This document shows, piece by piece, positions 28,501-39,016 of a DNA stretch of 64,000 nt (position 1 is its first letter; every line of letters begins with the position of its first letter). The notes under the pieces were generated by a model. It did no database searches, had not been told where the DNA came from, and saw only the letters and a program-made list of their open reading frames with translations. This stretch comes from the human T2T-CHM13v2.0 reference genome, Homo sapiens, in NCBI RefSeq assembly GCF_009914755.1, contig NC_060937.1. One strand, 5' to 3'. Made by a program: the position numbers and the translations under genes.

Positions 28501-30393
28501 GTTTACTACCTTTGATGAGCTTATTTACATAAAATAAAAAAGGTAGTGTGCAGTATGCTGGCCTTTAATTCCAATCATTAAAGAGAGAAAACAACCATGA
28601 TAATATTAGCTTGTTTCCAGTGTCAAGAGCAAGAGATGTGTTGACATAAATGTAAATACTGCACCAGAAGAAATCTGGACCCTCTGATGCCACTTTTAAA
28701 TGACATTACCCTTAATGCCTGTTTCAAAATGGCACTTTGGATCCAGTGTCCAAGATGTTATAAGCAGAATACTTCCCACTGGGTACACTGGAATGTATTT
28801 GCTTGTTTATTTCAATGATTCAAATTTATTAAAGAAATAAACACACTGTTTCTTTCAGTAGCAAACCTAAATGCCTTTGGAAGTGCATCATAATCATACA
28901 GTTGAATGATTTGTTGCCTGGAAAATGGATTATCCTAATGTTACTAACTTCAACTTTCTTCTAGACCATTTACCCAATACAGTACTGACTCTTATGCAAC
29001 TTGTGAATAATCTATGCTTCCAAGTACCACAATTCCATCTCTACAGTATTTTTGATAGATGCCAACTGATTGACTCATTAGGTATTGATCAAATGTAGCA
29101 ACTTCTCCATATATTCCTCATTTTGGAAATGTCTTATAATATATACAGCTTAGCTATAAAATATATTCCAGAGAATGTCAGTTTAAAACACATATTGTAA
29201 CAGAAGTGGCTATTGCTTACCCACGTAGCACTACTTCAGGCATAGTTAAATCTATTAACCTATGGATCATTAGTTAGCTTTCGCACCATTTATATGGCCT
29301 ACATAATAGAATCCTTGTTTAGCAGGAGAGCCAATGAAACTGAAGGTTGTATGAGCATTCTTCCTAAGACCAAACATCCTGAGCTAAGATGCAGAGCTCT
29401 GCAATCTCAGTCAACCTTAAACTACATTGCGTATACTTTTTTTTTTTAGAGAAAGAGTTCTTATACTTTAACTCTATCACAATCTTTCTCCAACAATGTC
29501 TTCTAATTTTCCCAGTGTTAAGACTTCACCACAATCACCTAGGATATTCTTTCCTTGCTTTCTAGATGCTCCATTTACTGTGACTAACCAAATATTATTT
29601 CTTTTCAATTTTATGTGAAATTCATACTAATCTTCCAGGTTTCCTCTGTTCACATTAGTCCTCAATGACAGCTGTTCCTTTACCAACTGTTGGCAACATC
29701 TTTCTCTCTTTCCTTTCTATTTCTTTACTGTGTTTTGTTGTTGTTGTTTTTGTTTTTTGTTTTCCTTACTCCTAGGTCAAAGGTTTCATGCAATGTTATA
29801 TCTGTATGTATATGCATGTGTGTGTTTTCATCACAGAATGTAACACATTTGTTATTTTTGATTATTTATTAAACTATTCCAGAATGAATGTTTTCACCCA
29901 GACTCTAAAAGTGGTAATGACACAATTTTCTGGAAAACATTTTTGTGTGGCAGAATGAGAAGATGATATTTTTCTTTTCTTGAAATATCTTTCTAAATAT
30001 ACAAGGGTAACTGTAGTTCCATATTTGCAGAAAATTATTTTTTCCTCAAATTATAATCTCTGTTGACAAATATTTACTAGTTGTTACAAAAAAAAAAAAA
30101 AAAAAAACCTCAGGTGTAATTAAGTTTGTTCAATTCCAGTATCCAAATCTTCTTCAGTTCTTTTCCTCCTCTCCTCTCCTGCTACCCACACTGACTCAGG
30201 CCCTGACCTGTTTTGAGGCTATCTTAAAATCTTCTCAAATAAGGCGTTAGCCTCCTGCACCCCTTAGTTTTAGAACATTTCCCACCAGCCATCATAGTTT
30301 TTCTATAAATGAAATATAAACATATGTATCACCAGCTTTTGTGTCCAGATTAATATGATCTTATTTCTATTATATCTTGTTTTCATTTGTTGG

Positions 30394-30755
30394 TGTATTA
30401 GATGGTTCTCATGCTGCTAATAAAGACATACCTGAGACTGAGTAATTTATAAAGACAAAGAGGTGTGATGGACTCATAGTTCCAGCTGGCTGGAGAGAGC
30501 CACAATCGTGGCGGAAGGCAAAGGAGGAGTGAAGTCATGTCTTACATGGTGGCAGGCAAGAGAGTGTGTGCAGGGGAACTGCCCTTTATAAAACCATCAG
30601 ATTTTCTGAGACGTATTCACTATCATGAGAACAGCATGGGAACACCCATCCCCATGATTCAATTCCCTCCCACCGGGTCCCTCTCATGACATGTGGGGAT
30701 TATGGGAGCTACAATTCAGGATGAGATTTGGGTGGGGCTCAGCCAAACCATATCA
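30394..30755 (-). mobile_element. THE1C-type MaLR solo LTR
   Basis: TGTATTAG...CATGCTGCTAATAAAGACATACCTGAGACTG...CAGCCAAACCATATCA; 5-bp TSD GTTGG/CTTGG. Confidence 0.92.
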
Positions 30756-30777
30756 CTTGGCAAACCAATTTGGTACC

Positions 30778-31148
30778 TGTATTAGCTTGCCAAGGCTGCC
30801 ATAAAAAATACCACAAAACTGGTGGCTTAAACAACAGAAATTTATTTTCTCATAGCTCTGTAGGCTGGAAGTCCAAGATCAAGGTGCCAGCATGTTTGGT
30901 GTCTTCTGAGACTTCTCTTTGGTTTGCAGATGGCTGCCTTTTCACTGTGTCCTTCTGTGTGCATGTTCTCCTGGGGTCTCTTCCTGCTACTGTAAGGACA
31001 CTGGTCATATTGGATTAGGGCCTGCGACAATGGTCTTATTTTAATTTAACTGCTTATTTAAAATCTCTATCTTCAGATATACTCATACTGTGACGCACTA
31101 GGGTTTGGGGATATTGGTTTTGAGGAGACACAGTTTAGGCCCTTCTAT
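30778..31148 (-). mobile_element. MLT1B-type MaLR solo LTR
   Basis: TGTATTAG...GGCTGCCATAAAAAATACCACAAAACTGGTGGCTTAAACAACAGAAATTTATTTTCTCATAGCTCTGTAGGCTGGAAGTCCAAGATCAAGG. Confidence 0.88.
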
Positions 31149-31329
31149 TACCATGTACTGAGAGTTTTTTAAAGTTTGCTACCTGAAACTCAGTAATTCC
31201 ATTTTAAGGACTCTTGAAAGGAGTAATTCAAAATAGAGAGGAAAATGAAACGCTCCTTACAGAGTTATACTTAATGCATCATTATTATACCTGAGATAAA
31301 ATTCAACATTACAATATACTCGTGTCTCT

Positions 31330-31765
31330 AGATTCTCCCCTGTAATCTACCACTCTATGTTCAACCACATGGGTCTTCTTCGAGTTCCTGGGATGACCTC
31401 ACATTTAATCCACAAGGGCTTCACATTTGCCCTTTGCTCCTTCTGGCTTATTTCCTGTCACTTTTTTTTCAACAGGATCTTATCTTATACTTAAGACCCC
31501 TTCTTCAACAAAATACTCCCTGATGGTCTCAATATATATTAATTTCTTCATTACTTCACTCCATAGTACCCTTCACCTTTATACCATTGAACTCATGGCA
31601 ATTAGTAATTACAAAAGTAGTTGTACCATTATTTGTGTCAAGTTTGTTTCCTGCACTAGATTAGTAGATCCAGAGGGAAAAGGCTGCATCTTCTTTCTTC
31701 AACTCTACGTCATAGGACCTAGCATATGTGAGGTACGAAACAGATATTTGCAGAGTGCATAAAAG
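31330..31765 (+). mobile_element. L2 3' fragment
   Basis: Degenerate L2 3'UTR (...CTAGATTAGTAGATCCAGAGGG...CCTAGCATATGTG...ATATTTGCAGAGTGCAT). Confidence 0.5.
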
Positions 31766-32554
31766 CATGGCACCCACCCCACCCCACCCTGGCCCCATTT
31801 CTACTTGCTGAATCAATAAATAATCTCCAAGTTTTAGGTCAAATAATTCTGCATGATGTAATTTCTTTTTTGGCAAGGCAAATTAGATTCATCCTCCTCA
31901 ATTCCTTAATAACTTGCACACAGATCCTCCTTACACATCAGCTGTTTGGAAAAGAAAAGCTTTCTAAAGAGATAGGAGAACCATGACCAGGCAAACCAGA
32001 ACTTTAATTTTTACATTTATTCTTACACTTTGTAAGAATGAATACCAATTTCTTAGATATAAGACATGATCAATTTTCTTGCCTTGATTTTAATACCTCT
32101 CTTGAGAAGAAGTAATAAAAATAGTCTCACTAGGTCATTTTTCCTGAATTTGTGCCTGATCATCTAGAAAAGAAGCAGTAATAAAAGACAAATTGAAAGT
32201 AAAGATAATGCTTTATTCAATTTCCATGGTGCAATGAACACTCCAAATATTCATTGCAGCCAGGGTGGTGAATTGGGAAGTAACACTGAGTGGCTTCTTT
32301 GGGTTGGCAAAAGCTATGCATTTAGGACCCACCAAATTGCCTACTGGTGTCCTTGGTAGAGAATGAATGACTTTGGCGTTTTTCTGTGCAAGTCACACAG
32401 TGGACACTGGCAGCAGTAGTAGCAGTGGGATCTTTGACAGTCATAAGGGCCATGATGGTCATTTCTGACTTTGAGAGTGACTAAAGACATCATGAGCTAG
32501 TTAGTAGAGGATAATGATGAGCATACGAAGAGTAGATAGGGAATTTTCCCTTCT

Positions 32555-33135
32555 GCTCCCCATCCCTGGTCATCCCATCCCATCCCATCAGATGGCATCT
32601 CATTCCATCTTATTTCACCCATCTTATTCTCATACCATTTCATCTTATCCCATCTCATCCCATCCCATCCCATTCCATCCCATCCCATCTCATCCCATCC
32701 CCTCCCCTCTCTTCCCATCCCATCCCATTCCTATCCCATTCCATCCCATCCCATTCCATACCCTCCCCTCCCCTCCTCTCCCTTCCCCCCCTCCACTCTC
32801 TTCCCAGCCCATCCCACTCCATCCCATCCCATCCCATGGCATCTCATTCCATCTTATCTTGCCCATCTCATTCTCATAACATTTCATCTTATCACATCCC
32901 ATCCCATCCCATCCCTCCCCTCCCCTCCCATCCTATCCCATCCCATGGCAGCTCATTCCATCTTATCTCACCCATCTCATTCTCATACCATTTCATCTTA
33001 TCCCATCCCATCCCATTCCATGGGATCTCATTCCATCTTATCACATCCATCCCATTCTCATACTATTCCATCTTTTCCCATCCCACCTCACCCTGTTTCA
33101 TCTCATCTCTTTCTAACCCATCCCATTCCACACCC
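32555..33135. repeat. (CCCAT/CCATC)n pentamer array with (CCCCT)n segment and four copies of a ~65-bp higher-order unit
   Basis: 5-bp periodicity throughout; ATGG(C/G)A(T/G)CTCATTCCATCTTAT... at 32592, 32836, 32945 and 33020. Confidence 0.92.
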
Positions 33136-34581
33136 TATACAGAGCTATATGGGAAGGATTTATTGAGACTGAACTTCCAGCAAATTTAGTGGATATGAAA
33201 CAAAAAAAAATCTGGTAGGAGTTTTTGTTATTTTCTTATCTCTACCAACAAGATTATATGGCTTAGAAAACACAAGTTATAAAGGAATATCTCTGTTACA
33301 GGTATTACAGATGTAACACAGATGTAAGCAACATCTAGAATTATTGCAAAACTGGGTTTGACATAAGTAATTCTCATTTAGAATGAGAATTCTAGATATT
33401 TCTAAAGGTATTTGTTTAAAACCTGAAGAAATATCACTATAACCTGCATTCCAAATATTATAGCAATTCTGGTTGTACTTGTGCATGCAAGAAAATCTCT
33501 GATACGTTGAGAAATCTGACATATTTCCTGGCCATTCTTGGCCCTGAATTTCTTGAGCTGAACTAATAATATCTGTTAATAACTAATCTACCTTTTCTCT
33601 ATAGTATTGACCTGCACAAAATGTTTTCTCAATATCTTCCCTCTACAAAGCTCTGTATAAGATAGAGGGAAATTGGAGAGAGTTGTGATTGCACTGTAAG
33701 ACCTGTTAACACTCAGAATTAGCTATTCTTGTTCTGGCAAGCCTGTTGATTATTACCAGAAAATTTTCACTTGTTCTGTTTCTCCCTGGTGTTCTCTCTC
33801 CTCTGTCTCCTCTTTCAAACATTCTCCATAAGTGGACAGAGGCCATAATGAGATTTCTTCTCCAATATTTATAGTGGATGCCAGGCCACCTGAAGGGAAG
33901 GAGGAGCTACTACACTAAATAATATTTTGTCTTCACCGCCATTAAATAGCAAATGTCCCCTTATTTTCTGCACTATTGACATGATTAGACATTTTGGGGT
34001 GAAAGGAAATAATTTTTTGGGCAATTTTTTTAAACTATCCTCATATATCATTGCTTAGCTTTCATTTTGTTTTATCTTTTCTTTGATTTTTTTTTACACT
34101 TGAGCTAATAAAACATTAAAATTAGCTCTCAGCTGCATTAAAATAGTGTTGGTTTTTTAAGATGCTGAGAGTGGTGGGGAAGGGAGTGAGGGAGAGAGAG
34201 TCCCCTCCTTGAGGACACGCAGGCTTGCATGAGCTTTCCGTCCAGGAATCCCGCTGGGTTCTGTGGTAAAGAGCAAGAAAAGGTCCTCTTAGGGATCTGA
34301 CATGAAAGGGAAAAATCTACCTTTGAGAAATACGCCCCGAGCATTCTCCCAAAGGACACGTCTGCAGATAAAGCAACTTTACCAGAGCCTTCTCTCTGCT
34401 GGAGAAGGGTACTACCTCTTCTACTCTCCACAATCCAGCCCCCTCTAGCCTTCTTATCTCACTTTAGAGGGGAAGGAAGCAGGGGCAATGACCCCAAAAA
34501 AGATAAAATGTGTCCATCTTACTAAGGAATTGCCCAAGGTGAGAGCAATTACAATAACTATAGTTAGACCCATGTCTAACT

Positions 34582-34621
34582 ATATTTCCCTGGTGGAAGT
34601 AATATTTCCCTGGTTGAAGTA
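34582..34621. repeat. 20-bp tandem duplication
   Basis: ATATTTCCCTGGTGGAAGTA / ATATTTCCCTGGTTGAAGTA. Confidence 0.85.
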
Positions 34622-34668
34622 ATTACTACATTTGAGCCCAACATCTTTAAGAGATACAAATATACCAC

Positions 34669-35182
34669 TGTGTCAGTCAGGGTTCTCTAGAGGGAAGGGA
34701 CTAATGGGACAGAGGTATATGTGAAAAGGAATTTATTACAAGATCACAAGGTGAAGCTCCACAATAGGCCATCTGCAAGCTGAGGAGCCAGGAAGCCAGT
34801 CCCAGTCCCAAAACCTCAAAAGTAGAGAAGCCGACAGTGCAACCTTCAGTCAGTGGCCAAAGGCCCGAGAGCCCCTGGCAAATCACTGGTGTAGGTCCAA
34901 GCTGAAGAACTTGGATTCCGCTGTTCAAGGGCAGGAAGCATCCAGCATGGGAGAAAGATGGAGGCCAGAAGACTTAGCCAGGCCAGCCCTTCCACATTCC
35001 CCCGCCTGCTTTTATCCTAACTGCACTGGCAGCTGATTAGATGGCACCCACCCATATTGCTAGTGGGTCTGCCTCTCCCAGTCCACTGACTCTAATGTGA
35101 ATCTCTTTTGGCAACACCTTCACAGAACAATACTTTACCTCCTTCAGTCTAATCAAGTTGACACTCAATATTAACCATCCCA
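34669..35182 (-). mobile_element. MLT2A1/A2 (HERV-L) solo LTR
   Basis: TGTGTCAGTCAGGGTTCTCTAGAGGGA...AATCAAGTTGACACTCAATATTAACCATCCCA; perfect 5-bp TSD ACCAC (34664-34668 / 35183-35187). Confidence 0.92.
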
Positions 35183-35299
35183 ACCACAAAACATAGAATA
35201 TCTTCATTTGCCCTCCAAAATGATAGGATTTTAAAAGAGGTTTTCATTTTTTTTCCCCAAAAATCAGTGTGTATGGCTTTTTGAGAAACAGAGGGGGTG

Positions 35300-35370
35300 T
35301 AGAGAGAGAGAGTGGAAGAGAGAGAGAGAGAGAGAGACAGAGAAAGAGAAAGTGAGAGTGAGACTGAGAA
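35300..35370. repeat. (GA)n microsatellite, imperfect
   Basis: AGAGAGAGAG runs. Confidence 0.85.
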
Positions 35371-35689
35371 CTGAAGGAGTTGTGTTTCTTGTCTACATCT
35401 CAAAATTCGTGGAGATATTTGCAGTGAATGTTTTCTCTAGAGAAGAATATGTAAATCTCTGGGAAAGTCAACACATTCTAATATTAGGCCTAGTGGGTGG
35501 TTTTCATGTCTGCATAGTGTGAGCATTTTACATTTGTTTATGTTGATGATGGCTTGCCTAGCTAAAAGCATCAATATTGAAATACCAAGCCTTATTCTAT
35601 GAGGCTCTGCAGGGGAAAGAAAAGGGAACACTAATTCAGTAATGAAAAGAACAGCCTCCTTTTTTTGGACCTTGCCATGTACTCGTCCC

Positions 35690-35890
35690 TTATGTTGAGT
35701 ATTGTGCACGTTCCATGCAAGGTTTTATAGAAACGTCAACAGGAATGTATGAGGCATGTACAATTTTTATCTCCAGTTCACAGATAAGAAAAGTGAGATG
35801 ACTTATACTGATTGTACAGGGATATCCAGTTACTAGGAGAAAAAGCCTAGGCTCAACCCAGATGTTCTGACTGTCACACGTGCTAAATTT
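35690..35890 (-). mobile_element. MIR SINE
   Basis: TTTATCTCCAGTTCACAGATAAGAAAAGTGAGATGACT...CTCAACCCAGATGTTCTGACT matches the antisense MIR core. Confidence 0.65.
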
Positions 35891-36585
35891 TATCAAGTGA
35901 CACAAAATAACATGATGCAGAAGAGAGGCTAGACAGGTCGATGGACTGAATGATGCGTGGTGGAAATGGCATACATATAAATTTGGATTTGCTTGCTGAA
36001 TAGAATTTGTGCAAATATATAAGTAGAGACGTTTTTAGGTCTAGGATGTTTATCCCTAGTTTCCTAAAATTTGTATTTACTGCTTGTATAAATTAGAAGT
36101 TGTTTCATGATCACCGAAAGGAACGTACAGGTGCATTTTAATTACATGAAACCACTAATATTGGGATTTAATGGACTAGTGGACTGAAGATAAAATAATC
36201 AGGACATTTCGATTTTTTCATCATAATTTAACTGAATATAATAGCAAAAAATGGTCCTTCCTGCACTTCCAGGGAATTAAGCTATGGTGGTTTACAACTC
36301 ATATGAAGGTTTTGGAAAACACAAATAGAATAACATCCATCCAGGAAAAAAGTTGAGCACTTACCTGTGCATGTGTCTGTGTGTGGAGACATTCTTAGTT
36401 TCAGTTTATAGTGTGAAGAAGACATAGCTTTTCCTGTCTTAGCAGGAAAGTTAGTCTACCTCTAAACATCTAATATCAATATGTTTAAACACAACAGGAG
36501 CTCACACTAAAATATATTTTAAATATGTATTATGTTTTGAGTGACTAGAATTAATAGGACTCTTGTAGTTTTAAGAAAAACTGGC

Positions 36586-36981
<396 letters not shown>

Positions 36982-38952
36982 TTATATTTGCAAAACCCAT
37001 ACAAATTATTTTCCATTTGGGATAAATTTTTTAAATATTTCATTAAAATAAAATGTCAATTCTATGTCTAAAACAATAAACAAAAATAAAATTCGCTGTT
37101 GCCTTTTAAAAGATCACAGGCTCATAAAAAAGTTTATTTAAATTAAACAGAAATCTTCTTCCCTCCTCTATCCTTTCATCCTTCACTCCCTTCAGCAAAG
37201 CAGAAAGTAAAACATGACCCCGGCCTCACAATACCTCTCTACAGCACGGTATCACTGGCTTTTATGTTTACCCCCATTTCCACTTGCTACATGCCTATGC
37301 TTTATTTTCTTCTTTGTAGGAGTAAATCTCTGCCTCTTTCAACAAAATCAATCAATTTGGTTTTAGCTGCTTTTATTTCCAGCCTTCCACCCCTCAACCC
37401 CAGCTGTGCCAGTCGGCACAGTAAGAGCCTGAATAAAACTGGCAAAATAAGATTATCTTTGATGGGGAGTGAAGGAAGAGAGGCTATGAAACTCAGATGT
37501 TAATGTTTTTCCTGTCACACTAGATTTCATTTTTCAAGTCTTTGTAACACGGCCTTCTTAAATTGCCAAGTTGGTATCTGTCTGCCTCCCGTGCCAAAAT
37601 ACTGAGCCCTGAGAAGTCAGGGCCTTACCTCATGCAAAAACACCGTGTTGCATTCCTGCGTTTCTCCGTGGCAGGATTTAGGAAAGGAGCCTTCCTTTGA
37701 AAGATCAACTTAACTCAGACTTTTCCTGAAATCTTTATTTGGTTGTGATCCAGGTATGCAAGTAGAAAATGCCCCTTGTGATCTCTGAGAAAGTGAGGAT
37801 GTGTGTGCATATTTGTGAAATATCCAAATGTGTGTATCAGGCTTTAAGGAATCTATGACAGTTGCTGCTTTTTATCACTCAAGTGCTTAGAGATGGCTAC
37901 AAAAATGCCAGCAGGAAGCAAAACCCACATGTCATGTTTTGTCCCTCTAACAACTTGTATCCTTCTGTGTGCTGCTAACTGGACTGCATTTTCACACGCT
38001 CAGTTTCTTGAGTTATATGGCTTAAAGTACAGGTAAATGTTTATAATTGAGTGGTAAGTGAATAATTACTGTAATACGGTGGGAATTGATAACCATTTGC
38101 TCGAAATTTCTCTATGACTCACAACAGTCTATGACATCTGTTCAATGATGTATATTAAATTACTCTTCAGATGCAACTGAATTAAATTACCAATTTGTGT
38201 TTTATAACACAACTTGCCGGCTAGAGTTTGTTCCTTCAAAAGTCATCTTTCTTTTTGTTTTCATTAACGTTGACATTTATATAAATATGAAGAAAGATGG
38301 TGCATATTTTTCTTAAAGTAAAGCAGATTGGGTCTAAAACGGACGGTTCTCCTGTTAATTGCTGTTTTATTCTATCTGTGCAATCCCTTGGCTATTGTGG
38401 CTATCACAGAGCGGCTTTAAGCACAGGCATATGGATCCACTTACGAGGCTTCACACTAAATTTGTTCAGTGCTTGATCTTCCATCTCTCTAATGGCACTT
38501 TTTTTTTGTCACCAACACATTCATGGCCTGCAGTTGACTGCTTTTATTGCTTTTAATTAAAGTCTGAAATAGAAAGTGTCTATTAATCAGCGTGTGAAGC
38601 CAATCATGAGTAAGGATTTTATAAACTCTTTACAAGATGGATAATAGTTACATCAATTGTCCCACCTTTGTCATCTTGGCAGAAAGACAATCATTTAAGT
38701 CATTAAGGGAACACCTGTAATCTGGAAATTTGGAAGGCAGCAACTATTTTGACAGGCCAGCTACATTTTTTTTTTTTTAGGAGCAAGAGATGTATTTAAA
38801 AATTCATCATGTTATGGTTGTTGTATTCATTTTTGCGGCACAGTCGAGGAGAAAACGGTGGGGGACTATTGTGTGTGTTCCTCTTAAATAAGAGTAGAGT
38901 CAACTAATCACTGAAAATGAATTGCAGGCTTTGAATATTCTGTCCTCCCTTT

Positions 38953-38969
38953 CTCTCTCTCTCTCTCTC

Positions 38970-39014
<45 letters not shown>
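38953..39014. repeat. Compound microsatellite (CT)9(AT)5(AC)17
   Basis: Read directly; abuts the 3' end of the L1MA element. Confidence 0.92.

Positions 39015-39015
<1 letters not shown>

Positions 39016-39016
<1 letters not shown>

Noticed and set aside
30087-30107. Isolated A21 run as the tail of a processed pseudogene
   Set aside because: No upstream poly(A) signal, ORF or TSD could be identified.
32497-33189. Pro/Ser/His and Gly/Trp/Met repeat ORFs
   Set aside because: Artefact of the pentamer array.
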